Assembly: GCA_964604705.1 (NCBI GenBank)
Contig: CAZSAP010000005.1
Span: 85,218 to 149,217 of the forward strand
Reading direction: 5' to 3'
Length of the DNA: 64,000 nucleotides
Source of the DNA: an uncultured bacterium
GTDB lineage: Bacteria > Oederibacteriota > JAAXVQ01
Positions 10,095-19,800 of the stretch are shown piece after piece (position 1 is the first letter of the stretch; each line of letters begins with the position of its first letter). The notes beneath the pieces were generated by a model that had not been told where the DNA came from, made no database searches, and saw only the letters and a list, made by a program, of their open reading frames with translations. Made by a program: the position numbers and the translations under genes.

Positions 10095-11924
10095 ATGGCG
10101 ACGCAACCTTTTTCGATACAACCTGATCATCCAGAACAAGCGTTCCAGGAACTGGATCGGATCACCAAATTGCTCATTCGTCGCGACCTTATGCTCAATC
10201 AAGCCAATGCTGAGTTGGACGAAAAAGTAATGAAGTTGGAGACGGCACAAAAAGAACTGGTTCAAGCGACGGAATACCTCAACAGCTTGCTCGCCAACTC
10301 ACCGGATGCGATTTGGGTGTTGGATGCACAAGGGCATGTCACTCGCTTCAATAAAAGCGCGGAAGATTTGACTGGATATCAATCTCAAGAAGTCTTGGGC
10401 CGGACCCTGGAGTTTTTATTTTTTGATCCGGAACATTACTGCGACATTTTAACCAATCTAGCGGCGAATAAAAGCTACCGCAATTTACATCTGCCCATTC
10501 GGCGTCGCGACGGTGAACGCGCAGATTTGCTCATGTCCATCTCGCTTTTGGGGGATACTGAAAATCCGCAACAATCCGCTGCCAGCATTACCATTTCAAA
10601 AGATTTGACCCGTGAAATTCGTTTGGAAAAAGCCTTGAAGGAATCCAAAGAGCAACTTGAAGAGAAAGTCATGCAGCGCACGCGTGATTTGGAATGTCTT
10701 TCTCAACGGTTAGCGGTGCTAAATCATGTGGCCACTACCGCCAGTCAATCGTTGGAGTTGGAACCGCTTCTAAATAATATTTTGCAAGTGGTACTCGAGC
10801 TGACCGGTTTTCCCATGGGCATCATTCATACCTTTGATGAAAAAGATTTTGTCTTGCTTCGAGCGCAGCGCAATGTTCCTGCCAATATACAGGAACGGCT
10901 GCGTGCGTTGCAGAAAAGCCAGACAGTGGGTGGGAGTGCTGTCGCGAGCGGAACGCTGCAGATTGGTCCTCCCCTGGATCCGGAATTGCGCACCCAAGGG
11001 GTTCGCTTGGTGGTGGCTGTCCCGTTGCGGGCCAAGGGGACCAGTCAAGGGGTCATGAGTTTGCTCTCCAATGTGGACCGTGAGGTAACCGACGAAGAGC
11101 GGCATCTCCTTTTGGCCATTGGCGTACAAGCGGGGTGGGCCTTAGAAAATGCCGAACTGTATGAACAAGTCTTGCGCGACGTTCTGCAGCTGAAAGAAGT
11201 GGATCGCATTAAAAGTGAATTTATCGCGACCATTTCACACGAATTACGTACGCCCTTGACCTCCATTATCGGATTCATCAGTTATGGTCAAATGGCGGTC
11301 AAGGGACTCAACCAACCCAACCTATCGAGGTATCTGCAGGTCGCATTGGAAAATGGTCAAAAATTGGCACGTATGATTGAAGACTTGTTGGCCATGCAAA
11401 AACTTGAATCTGGGACATTACGGTTTTACATCGAACCGCTGGACTTTAAACTATTGTTGATTCGCTTACAGGAAGAACTGGGTCCCCAGATGCACGCAAA
11501 GGAACAAAAGCTTATTATACAAGTACCGGATAAATTTCCATTACTGATGGTGGATCATGAACAGTTTGAACGTGTTATCACCAACTTGATTTTGAATGCG
11601 GTCAAATTTTCGGATGGCGTCGGAACCATTACGGTTACGGGAGCGCATGCCCCTGGTTTGTTTACGCTAACGGTTAAAGACACTGGGATTGGCATGTCAC
11701 CGGAGGTTAAGCAGAAAGTGTTCGACTCTTTTTATCAAGCTGAAAGCAGTTTCACTCGGAAAGCTGGGGGCGTGGGGCTGGGATTGACCATAGCCAAGCG
11801 CATTATTGAAAAACACGGTGGGGTTCTCAAAGTTGAAAGTGAACCACACAAGGGGAGTTGTTTTACCATAACTCTGCCAGAACTGCCGGTGATCCAGGCC
11901 TTTTCGAACAGGGAGCTACGTTAA
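10095..11924 (+). CDS. PAS + GAF sensor histidine kinase
   Basis: PAS (NSPDAIWVLDAQGHVTRFNKSAE), GAF (LLLAIGVQAGWALENAELY), H-box ISHELRTPLT, N/G boxes NAVKFS, DTGIG, GVGLGL. Confidence 0.93.
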   Translation: MATQPFSIQPDHPEQAFQELDRITKLLIRRDLMLNQANAELDEKVMKLETAQKELVQATEYLNSLLANSPDAIWVLDAQGHVTRFNKSAEDLTGYQSQEVLGRTLEFLFFDPEHYCDILTNLAANKSYRNLHLPIRRRDGERADLLMSISLLGDTENPQQSAASITISKDLTREIRLEKALKESKEQLEEKVMQRTRDLECLSQRLAVLNHVATTASQSLELEPLLNNILQVVLELTGFPMGIIHTFDEKDFVLLRAQRNVPANIQERLRALQKSQTVGGSAVASGTLQIGPPLDPELRTQGVRLVVAVPLRAKGTSQGVMSLLSNVDREVTDEERHLLLAIGVQAGWALENAELYEQVLRDVLQLKEVDRIKSEFIATISHELRTPLTSIIGFISYGQMAVKGLNQPNLSRYLQVALENGQKLARMIEDLLAMQKLESGTLRFYIEPLDFKLLLIRLQEELGPQMHAKEQKLIIQVPDKFPLLMVDHEQFERVITNLILNAVKFSDGVGTITVTGAHAPGLFTLTVKDTGIGMSPEVKQKVFDSFYQAESSFTRKAGGVGLGLTIAKRIIEKHGGVLKVESEPHKGSCFTITLPELPVIQAFSNRELR

Positions 11925-12076
11925 AGGGGTAGGTGACTTTGAAAACGGTGATCTGTTGAACCGAGGGGTGAGGATCGTTCCTTCGCCTAGACTCGCTTAA
12001 ATATTTAACGCTTTCAAGATGAATATGTTATAAAAAGAGTGGAACCGCGCATTCGTTAAGTAGCAGAGGCCCATGC

Positions 12077-13747
12077 ATGTTAAAAGAAATAAGTGGACGT
12101 ACCAGTAACACCATCGTGCGGTATGTGCAGGTTCATCGTCCCGAAGCCTTGGATGTGCTTTTGGAAGGGTTTGATCCCGCAGTATTAACCGATGAACGTT
12201 CCTGGATAAGTTATCAAAATGCGAATATTCTTTATCGTCGCGCGGAGCGTATTTTCGGTCGTGACGATATCATGGCTGAGATTGGTCGGGCTGCTTCAAC
12301 CCTCAATACCCTTGGGGTAGCCGAGCGGTTGTTTCAATTGGTGATCGATGCCAGTATGGCCTTGGCGCTTACCAGCCGATATGCACACTTGTTTTCCTCC
12401 GTATCCCAAATTAACCTAATTCAGCAGTCACCTCGACATTCTGTAATTGAGGATTGTTGTTACCCAGGGTTTATTCGCACACGTGGGTCATGTAATTATG
12501 TGCGAGGGTTGTTTTATGCCTTGCTGACAAGAAATCATGTGCATTCGTCCACGGTTCACGAAACTCACTGTGCTGTTCCAATTTGGGAAAAGGGTTTGCT
12601 GGACGGTTGTTCGTTTGAACTGGTGCAGGGGCATATTTTCAGAAAAAATATCATGGATGGTCAGCATGAGGATTTGGGTCCCTTGGCTGCAGATGGGACC
12701 TTCCTGTACGGCGGGACGGTGTATGGCGCCAAAAGCTGCGTGTACGACATTCGCTGGCATGAACATCGCACACTCTGGAATTGGTTTTTAAACATTGTGT
12801 TTTTTAGGCCACAGTTGTTGGAAAACATTCGGAAAGAACTAATTGATGAGTACAATATCATCGAACAGCAAAACGATCAGCTCCGCCAAACCAATCAGGC
12901 TTTGGCCAACTTATTAAAAGAACGCACGGATTTAAACACCAACCTGGAAGCCAAAGTCAACGAGCGTACCCAGGAGTTGGCTTTTACCATAGAGCGGCTC
13001 AAGGAATTGGATGAGATGAAATCCAATTTTTTATCCGTGACTTCGCACGAATTGCGCACCCCGCTGACTGTGATTAAGGGGGCGTTGAGTCTTTTGTTGG
13101 CGGAAGGTAATCAGATTGCTCCTGAAAAACTTCAAAAATATGTCAATATGGCAACCAACAATTGTGACCGCTTGATCAAGCTCATAGATGAATTGTTGGA
13201 TTTTTCACGTTTGGAAGCGGGAGCTGTACATCTGGATGTTCGGGAAATGGATTTGCTCCAACTTGCCAAGGAAATTCTGGAAGAGTTCAGACCCATTGCG
13301 GCTACCCGTCGACTGGATTTAACCAGTGTCTTGCCGGCTTCCATGCCTGAAATTTATGCGCATCCTGGACGGATTAAACAGGTCATAAGTAATTTGCTTT
13401 CCAATGCCATGAAGTTTACCCCCGCCGGAGGAGAAGTGAAATTATTACTGCGCCGCAATGAGAACTACGCGGAGGTGGTCGTTGCCGATACGGGTATTGG
13501 CATGACGGAGTCGCAGCAAAAACGCGTTTTTTCCAGGTTTTTCCAAGTTGATGATTCACTGACTCGCGAAGTTTCGGGTGTAGGACTGGGGTTGGCCATT
13601 GTGAAAGAGTTGGTCGAAATGCATGACGGGTACATCTGGGTAGAGAGTGAGCCGGATAAAGGTTCACGTTTTTTTGTGCGGCTGCCTTTGACGGGTCCGC
13701 CCAAGCGACGTCCGGTTCCAAGTTACCTCCAAAAAGAAGACAGTTAA
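12077..13747 (+). CDS. Histidine kinase with V4R/H-NOX-like N-terminal sensor domain
   Basis: H-box TSHELRTPLT, NLLSNAMKFT, DTGIG, GVGLGL; Cys-containing N-terminal region (SCNYVRG, ETHC, KSCVYDIRW). Confidence 0.88.
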   Translation: MLKEISGRTSNTIVRYVQVHRPEALDVLLEGFDPAVLTDERSWISYQNANILYRRAERIFGRDDIMAEIGRAASTLNTLGVAERLFQLVIDASMALALTSRYAHLFSSVSQINLIQQSPRHSVIEDCCYPGFIRTRGSCNYVRGLFYALLTRNHVHSSTVHETHCAVPIWEKGLLDGCSFELVQGHIFRKNIMDGQHEDLGPLAADGTFLYGGTVYGAKSCVYDIRWHEHRTLWNWFLNIVFFRPQLLENIRKELIDEYNIIEQQNDQLRQTNQALANLLKERTDLNTNLEAKVNERTQELAFTIERLKELDEMKSNFLSVTSHELRTPLTVIKGALSLLLAEGNQIAPEKLQKYVNMATNNCDRLIKLIDELLDFSRLEAGAVHLDVREMDLLQLAKEILEEFRPIAATRRLDLTSVLPASMPEIYAHPGRIKQVISNLLSNAMKFTPAGGEVKLLLRRNENYAEVVVADTGIGMTESQQKRVFSRFFQVDDSLTREVSGVGLGLAIVKELVEMHDGYIWVESEPDKGSRFFVRLPLTGPPKRRPVPSYLQKEDS

Positions 13748-14580
13748 TGTTGCAAGCTCGTTTGGTCAAGCAAAGCGGTTTAGCTTTTTGGACGCTTCCA
13801 AGCTGGGAACGTTTAGGCTATCGTGTTGCATTTTTTCAAAGGATGGGAGGTGTCAGTCAGCCTCCGTTTCGTGGATTGAACCTTGGGTTAACCACGGAAG
13901 ATGACAAGGGGCATGTGTGCATGAATCGTACGCGTGCTTTGGCTGCTGCGGAGTTTGGACCCCTGACACCTGTACTGGGGCAACAAGTCCATGGCAACCG
14001 CATACAAGTTGTCGAGGCACCAGCGAGCGGACGCGGATGGCTTGATTCCACAACCTCATTTCCAGAAACCGATGCACTCATCACAGCAACCAAGGGCTTG
14101 CCCATTGGGGTAGCGACTGCCGACTGTCTACCCGTCCTACTAATCACAGAAGGTCCTGTGCGGATTGCCGCGGCCATTCATGCCGGTTGGAGAGGTATTG
14201 CTTTGGCGATTCTTTCCCAAGCTGTTGAACAGATATGTCAACAATGGAGCATCTTGCCAGAACATTTTCAGGCTGCGGTTGGACCGGGCATAGGACCGGA
14301 CCGATTTTGCATTCAAGGGGAAACGTTGACCATGCTGCAAAGTCAGTATCCTGAGGCCGTGGTGCCGGAACAGCGGTTTCTTCCCATCGCCGGATTTGAC
14401 CTTTGGAAGGCGGCTGCAATCCAATTGACGCGGGCCGGGGTCCATCCATCAAAGGTTTCGGTTATTCGTGAATGTACCGCCGGCAATCCTGAACAATATT
14501 TTTCGTATAGGCGGGACGGGAAACAGACAGGTCGTATGCTAAATATGATTCAAATAAAGGAATATCAGGAGACCGCATGA
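13747..14580 (+). CDS. pgeF: PgeF/YfiH family protein (purine nucleoside phosphorylase LACC1-like)
   Basis: LNLGL, QQVHG, TADCLPVLL, IHAGWRG, FFSYRR. Confidence 0.92.
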   Translation: MLQARLVKQSGLAFWTLPSWERLGYRVAFFQRMGGVSQPPFRGLNLGLTTEDDKGHVCMNRTRALAAAEFGPLTPVLGQQVHGNRIQVVEAPASGRGWLDSTTSFPETDALITATKGLPIGVATADCLPVLLITEGPVRIAAAIHAGWRGIALAILSQAVEQICQQWSILPEHFQAAVGPGIGPDRFCIQGETLTMLQSQYPEAVVPEQRFLPIAGFDLWKAAAIQLTRAGVHPSKVSVIRECTAGNPEQYFSYRRDGKQTGRMLNMIQIKEYQETA

Positions 14581-14897
14581 CGGATCTAAAAGCGCAGGCT
14601 ATTGGCTTAAAATCATTTATTGAGTATGCTTCGGAATCCGTAGTGAGCAAGACATTAATTGATAAAAAAGTTGGGACCTTGACCTTGTTTGCTTTCGATG
14701 CGGGCCAAGGCTTAAGTGAACATACGGCACCGTATGATGCCGTAGTGCATATCCTCGATGGTGAGGCAGAATTGACCATTGATGGGAAGAAAGTCGTGGC
14801 CAAGGAAGGGGAATTGGTGATCATGCCCGCCCAAATCCCACATTCTTTGCACGCTGATCAGAAATTTAAAATGATGTTGATAATGATACGAGCTTAG
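14577..14897 (+). CDS. Cupin domain protein
   Basis: LFAFDAGQGLSEHTAPYDAVVHILDGEA, IMPAQIPHSL. Confidence 0.9.
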   Translation: MTDLKAQAIGLKSFIEYASESVVSKTLIDKKVGTLTLFAFDAGQGLSEHTAPYDAVVHILDGEAELTIDGKKVVAKEGELVIMPAQIPHSLHADQKFKMMLIMIRA

Positions 14898-15045
14898 GCA
14901 GAATTACCTAACGAGGTGTAATTTTATAAAATCGTTATAAAATAAGGTTATTTAAGTTGTAGTTTTTTTGTTAGAAATCAAATAAGCCTTAATTCTCAAG
15001 GTTTTTTCTTGTAATATTTCCATGTCAACGTATAATACCTTCAAA

Positions 15046-15765
15046 ATGAGCACGCGAAATGAACAAATCCGGGAAAATGTTGCCATTGTAAAGGAACGTA
15101 TTGCGACTGCTGCGAAACGAAGCGGTCGTACGGCTTCGGACGTCACCTTACTGGCGGTTACCAAACGCGTCTCCCTAGAGGATATCCGAAGCGCTGCCGA
15201 GGCTGGGGTTAAGGTTATCGGTGAGAATAAAATTCAAGAAGCCAAAACTAAGTTTTTGCATTTAGGTCCAAGCCTTTCCTGGCATATGCTAGGACATTTG
15301 CAAACCAATAAAGTACGTCCGGCTGTGGCTATGTTTAATATGGTCGAATCGTTGGATTCTGTGCGATTAGCAGACAGTTTGGATCGAGAAGCAGCCCTTT
15401 TTGAGCGGACTTTGGATGTTTTGATTGAAGTTAATATAGGCGGGGAGGCGCAGAAGTTCGGGGTGGTTCCTGAAAATGCGCTTACATTTTTGCGTTATGT
15501 AGAAAGCAAAGAGAATTTGCGATTAAACGGGTTTATGGCCATGGCACCTTACGTGGACGACGTGGAATTGGTGCGCCCACTTTTTCGAAAATTGAAACAA
15601 TTATTTGATGAGGCACGTCAATCAGTAAAGAATCCTGAACACTGGTCAGTGTTATCCATGGGCATGACGCAAGATTTTGAGGTCGCCGTGGAGGAAGGGG
15701 CAACGTTGGTGCGGATTGGAACCGGTCTGTTTGCCACCCCTTCGCCTTTGAGGAGGGTGGAGTGA
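15046..15765 (+). CDS. yggS: PLP homeostasis protein (YggS family)
   Basis: LLAVTK, GENKIQEA, WHMLGHLQTNK, LSMGMTQDFEVAVEEGATLVRIGT. Confidence 0.96.
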   Translation: MSTRNEQIRENVAIVKERIATAAKRSGRTASDVTLLAVTKRVSLEDIRSAAEAGVKVIGENKIQEAKTKFLHLGPSLSWHMLGHLQTNKVRPAVAMFNMVESLDSVRLADSLDREAALFERTLDVLIEVNIGGEAQKFGVVPENALTFLRYVESKENLRLNGFMAMAPYVDDVELVRPLFRKLKQLFDEARQSVKNPEHWSVLSMGMTQDFEVAVEEGATLVRIGTGLFATPSPLRRVE

Positions 15766-16589
15766 TTCAAGCAACGTTAGGCTTTATTGGCGCGGGCAAT
15801 ATGGCGGAAGCGCTTATTCGTGGGTTTATTGAAACCAAGACCTGCCGTGCGGACCAAATCGTGGCCTCGGATATTAGTGCGGAACGTCTATCGTGGTTGG
15901 CACAAACCTTTGGGGTTAAAACCACGGCGGATAATGTACAGTTGGTGCAGACCTGTTCGGTGATCGTGCTGGCCGTAAAGCCGCAACAAATTTCTGAATT
16001 ATTAACCGGCTTGCAACCGCATATTCAACCACAGCGGCATGTGATTTTATCCATCGCCGCAGGAATTCCCACCGGATATATTGAAAAAAGAGCAGGACAA
16101 TCCGTAAAAGTGGTGCGGATCATGCCGAACACCCCGGCCAAGCTTCGAGCGGGTGCTTCCGCTTTCTGCTTGGGCCAGCATGCCGGACGCGAAGAACAAC
16201 AATTGACAGAAACGCTCCTGGCGGCGGTTGGCACCGTGGTATGTGTGGATGAATCTGACATGAATGCTGTGACTGCGCTCTCGGGCTCGGGACCGGCTTA
16301 CCTTTTCCGGATGGCGGAGATTATGACGCAAGCTGGGCAGGAGATGGGGCTTTCCGAGTCGGTGGCGAAGGCCTTGACGCGGCAAACCATTTTGGGTGCT
16401 GGACGTATGCTCGCCGAAACAGGACAAGAAGCTGGGGAACTACGTCGCGCAGTGACGTCGAAAGGCGGGACCACGGAAGCGGCGTTAACGTATTGGGAAG
16501 AAAATGGTTTTTCGGAGCTGGTGCGTTCAGCGTTGGCGCGTGCGCGTGATCGTGCCCAGGAACTTACTCCCCGAGATACAGAAGGTTAG
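15762..16589 (+). CDS. proC: Pyrroline-5-carboxylate reductase
   Basis: GFIGAGNMAEA, LAVKPQ, RIMPNTP, TALSGSGPAY, VTSKGGTT. Confidence 0.96.
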   Translation: MIQATLGFIGAGNMAEALIRGFIETKTCRADQIVASDISAERLSWLAQTFGVKTTADNVQLVQTCSVIVLAVKPQQISELLTGLQPHIQPQRHVILSIAAGIPTGYIEKRAGQSVKVVRIMPNTPAKLRAGASAFCLGQHAGREEQQLTETLLAAVGTVVCVDESDMNAVTALSGSGPAYLFRMAEIMTQAGQEMGLSESVAKALTRQTILGAGRMLAETGQEAGELRRAVTSKGGTTEAALTYWEENGFSELVRSALARARDRAQELTPRDTEG

Positions 16590-16595
16590 GGCACG

Positions 16596-16892
16596 ATGGC
16601 GGATGTGATGCGGATCTTAGGCAATGGATTGACCGTTCTCGCATTTATCTGGATCGGTCTGATTGTGGTCAAAATGTTGGCCGAGTGGGTGATTCCTGCG
16701 CGCAAGAACCCGGGATTGGTTTGGGTGTGGGCCGCAGAAATTATTGAACTGCCGGTCAATGGTGTGCGTTTGACCGTGCCGACCTTGTATCGGAACGTGG
16801 ATTTTGCACCTTGGCTGACCATTGTCTTGTTGGTGTTGTTAAAAACGTTTGTGTTCCGGGCTATGATCTATTGGGGCATGTTGCATCAGTGA
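16596..16892 (+). CDS. yggT: YggT family membrane protein
   Basis: Two hydrophobic segments, NP...E.P...VR and VDFAPWL motif; position after yggS-proC. Confidence 0.75.
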   Translation: MADVMRILGNGLTVLAFIWIGLIVVKMLAEWVIPARKNPGLVWVWAAEIIELPVNGVRLTVPTLYRNVDFAPWLTIVLLVLLKTFVFRAMIYWGMLHQ

Positions 16893-16897
16893 ATCCA

Positions 16898-17230
16898 ATG
16901 TCGGATGAACCTGTCTTGGAATTTGATCTACGAGAAGATGGCTCGGCGGTGGTGTTTGGGTTGAAGGTTCAACCTGGGGCCAAGCGAACGGAATTGGTGG
17001 GCACATGGCAGACCTCTTTGAAAGTAAAGATTGGGCGCAAGCCTGAGGATGGGGCTGCCAATCGTGAATGCCTTGAATTTTTATCTGAAATATTGGATGT
17101 GCCAAGACAACGGATTTCCATCATCAAAGGTGAGTTTTCATCTTCGAAAGTGGTGCGGGTGGTTGGTGTGACAACTCAAGCGACGCGGTTAAAAATAGCG
17201 CAGGCATGGAATCTTAGGCGTGGTCACTAA
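16898..17230 (+). CDS. DUF167 (YggU) family protein
   Basis: LKVQPGAKR, PEDGAANRECLEFLSEIL, IIKGEFSSSKVV. Confidence 0.88.
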   Translation: MSDEPVLEFDLREDGSAVVFGLKVQPGAKRTELVGTWQTSLKVKIGRKPEDGAANRECLEFLSEILDVPRQRISIIKGEFSSSKVVRVVGVTTQATRLKIAQAWNLRRGH

Positions 17231-17254
17231 AGGCAGACTTTTACGGAGGGCACG

Positions 17255-18076
17255 ATGAGTGGATTGTTCGAGCAGGTTCAAGAAGCGGTCAAAGTCATTC
17301 GCAAGCATACGGCGCTGAAACCCGAGATTGCGATTACCTTAGGCACCGGATTGGGTCGGCTGGCCAAAGACATCAAGTCGGTGGTGAAGATCCCGTATGC
17401 GGATATTCCACATTTCCCGTTGTCTACGGTTGAAACGCATGCCGGCCAATTGTTGGTTGGCAAGCTTATGGGCAAGACCGTGGTGGCCATGCAGGGGCGT
17501 TTCCATCGGTACGAAGGCTACGATCTCAAACAAGTGACGTTTCCTGTGCGTGTGATGCGCGCCTTGGGAGCGAAAACCTACATGGTCTTCTCCGCTTGCG
17601 GTGGGATCAATCGGGGCTACTTTCCAGGAGATTTGATGATGATGAACGATCACATCAATCTCATGGGGGACAATCCGCTTATCGGTCCCAACGACGAGCG
17701 CTTGGGCCCGCGGTTTCCGGATTTATTTGATACGTATGACGCCAAGCTGCGTACACTTGCGGTTCAAGTCGCGCGCGAGCAGAAAATCAATCTGCATCAG
17801 GGTGTGTATGTGGCCTTGACGGGGCCTACGTTGGAAACCGTAGCGGAATACAGATTCCTCCAGACCATTGGTGCGGATTGCGTGGGCATGTCCACGGTCC
17901 CTGAAGTCATTGTCGCACGTCATGCGGGCATGCGGGTATTTGGGGTGGGTGTGATTACAGATCGCTGTGTTCCGGATCAGGTGGGCCCGGCGAACATTCA
18001 AGAAATTATCCACGCCGCCATGCGTGCGGAACCGACCTTAACCCAATTGGTGAAGGGTGTGCTCAGTCGTATCTAG
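17255..18076 (+). CDS. Purine nucleoside phosphorylase (trimeric PNP/MTAP family)
   Basis: LGTGLG, IPYADIPHFPLSTVETHAG, MQGRFHRYEG, GPTLETVAE, VGMSTVPE. Confidence 0.93.
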   Translation: MSGLFEQVQEAVKVIRKHTALKPEIAITLGTGLGRLAKDIKSVVKIPYADIPHFPLSTVETHAGQLLVGKLMGKTVVAMQGRFHRYEGYDLKQVTFPVRVMRALGAKTYMVFSACGGINRGYFPGDLMMMNDHINLMGDNPLIGPNDERLGPRFPDLFDTYDAKLRTLAVQVAREQKINLHQGVYVALTGPTLETVAEYRFLQTIGADCVGMSTVPEVIVARHAGMRVFGVGVITDRCVPDQVGPANIQEIIHAAMRAEPTLTQLVKGVLSRI

Positions 18077-18135
18077 TGGAACCCCCCGTTGCTCCAGCGT
18101 CTGCTGGATGCGGCGAATATTCGAGGAGGTCATGG

Positions 18136-19182
18136 ATGATCAAAGCTATTGAATGGAAACAGAATCGCCTGTTTATCGTTGATCAAACCAAACTGCCGGG
18201 GAAGCTTGTCAAGTTTGAATGCAAAACCCCTCAGCAGGTCGCGGAAGCGATTGTAAGCATGAAAGTGCGTGGGGCACCGGCCATTGGTGTAGTGGCGGCC
18301 TTTGGCGTATATCTGGGAATCAAGAAACCGCCTTTGGCCAAGACCTTTGAACAGTTGCTTTCTCAAGTGGAAAAATTATGTGTGATGTTGGGGAAGACTC
18401 GGCCCACCGCCATTAATTTATTCTGGGCCCTGGATCGAATGAAGCGTTGCGCTCAGAACAACCGTGATCACAAGCTTTCGACTTTGCGCGACATTTTGTT
18501 GCGTGAGGCTATGAACATCATGAAGGAAGATGAGCGTGTTACCAAGAACATTGCCTCCCTGGGTGCGGAATTGATTCGCGACGAGGACACCATCATGACC
18601 CACTGCAATGCGGGGGCTTTGGCTACGGCCGGTGTGGGGACTGCGTTGGGTGTGGTGGTTGAAGCCGCACGTAAGCATTCGGACATCAAAGCGTTGGTGG
18701 GTGAAACCCGTCCCCGTTTGCAAGGGGCGCGTTTGACAGCTTGGGAATTGAAGCAAGCCAAAGTTCCGTTTCACTTGATCACCGACAACATGGCTGCCTA
18801 TTTTATGAAAAAGGGCATGATCAGTGTGGTGATTGTTGGGGCCGACCGTGTGGCCATGAACGGAGATGTGGCCAATAAAATCGGAACATATGGGTTGGCC
18901 ATGCTGGCGTATCATCACAACATTCCTTTTTATGTTGCGGCACCGGTCTCGACCTTTGACCGGACCTTGTTAACCGGTGAATTGATTCCCATTGAAGAAC
19001 GCAATCCGGAAGAAGTCACCATGATTAACGATAAGCCGATTTCTGTACCGGGGGTCAAGGCACTCAATCCAGCCTTTGATGTAACTCCGCATCGCTACAT
19101 CAGTGCGATTATTACGGAACTTGGGATTGTGCGAGCTCCGTTTGACCAGAATTTGAAGAATTTATTCGCGAATTTGGTGTAG
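18136..19182 (+). CDS. mtnA: S-methyl-5-thioribose-1-phosphate isomerase
   Basis: DQTKLP, VRGAPAIG, TRPTAINL, THCNAGALATAGVGTALG, ETRPRLQGARLTAWEL, NKIGTY; GGAGG RBS before ATG 18136. Confidence 0.96.
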   Translation: MIKAIEWKQNRLFIVDQTKLPGKLVKFECKTPQQVAEAIVSMKVRGAPAIGVVAAFGVYLGIKKPPLAKTFEQLLSQVEKLCVMLGKTRPTAINLFWALDRMKRCAQNNRDHKLSTLRDILLREAMNIMKEDERVTKNIASLGAELIRDEDTIMTHCNAGALATAGVGTALGVVVEAARKHSDIKALVGETRPRLQGARLTAWELKQAKVPFHLITDNMAAYFMKKGMISVVIVGADRVAMNGDVANKIGTYGLAMLAYHHNIPFYVAAPVSTFDRTLLTGELIPIEERNPEEVTMINDKPISVPGVKALNPAFDVTPHRYISAIITELGIVRAPFDQNLKNLFANLV

Positions 19183-19195
19183 TGGAGCCGAGACT

Positions 19196-19621
19196 ATGAG
19201 CGAGGTTGTGTGGGAAGATAATCATAGGTGCTTTGCGTGTGGTCCGAAAAACCCTTTGGGACTGCATTTGACCTTTGCTCCGTGGGGAGAGGGTGGATTG
19301 CAGAGTGAGTGCACTCCGCGGCCGGAGTTTCAAGGGTATCAGGATATTGTGCACGGTGGGTTCATTGGCTTGTTGCTGGATGAAGTGATGGTCAATGTTC
19401 CCTGGCAACGTGAAAAGCGCCCCGTGGTTTCGGCGGAAGTTACGTTCCGTCTGCACCAACCGGCGCGCATTGGGGAACCTTTAATCATTACTGCCGAACC
19501 GGATGGGGAGCCCAGGAAGCATTTAATTCCGATCAAAGGCGAGGTTCGGTTGAAGAAAGACGGAACCTTGATTGCTTCCGGTTGGGCCAAGTGTGTGCAA
19601 GTAAAGATGGGCGGCGGGTAA
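19196..19621 (+). CDS. PaaI-family hotdog thioesterase
   Basis: CFACGPKNPLGLHL, FQGYQDIVHGGFIGLLLDEVM. Confidence 0.9.
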   Translation: MSEVVWEDNHRCFACGPKNPLGLHLTFAPWGEGGLQSECTPRPEFQGYQDIVHGGFIGLLLDEVMVNVPWQREKRPVVSAEVTFRLHQPARIGEPLIITAEPDGEPRKHLIPIKGEVRLKKDGTLIASGWAKCVQVKMGGG

Positions 19622-19708
19622 GTGAGGAAAGATAAGTGATATTTTTCTTTGTATTTTCGATGGTTTTTGATAGAATTCCTGAATCATAATTTTAAGGAGG
19701 AAGAGTTT

Positions 19709-19795
19709 GTGGGCAGCGGTAAAAAACGTCACTTAAAAAAAATTAAAACGCATAAGCGTAAAAAACACCGTCGTTTGAATCGTAAACGCAAATAG
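19709..19795 (+). CDS. Small basic protein, AURKAIP1/COX24 (bS22/mS38-like) family
   Basis: Not in ORF track. GTG start after AAGGAGG RBS; MGSGKKRHLKKIKTHKRKKHRRLNRKRK* (28 aa) resembles the MPCGKKRK..KIxTHKRKKR pattern of this family. Confidence 0.75.
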   Translation: MGSGKKRHLKKIKTHKRKKHRRLNRKRK

Positions 19796-19800
19796 TTGTT

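Noticed and set aside
18418-18918. Long minus-strand ORFs opposite housekeeping genes (also at 39333, 51682, 56823, 61155)
   Set aside because: Antisense shadows of well-supported genes, with no independent motifs.
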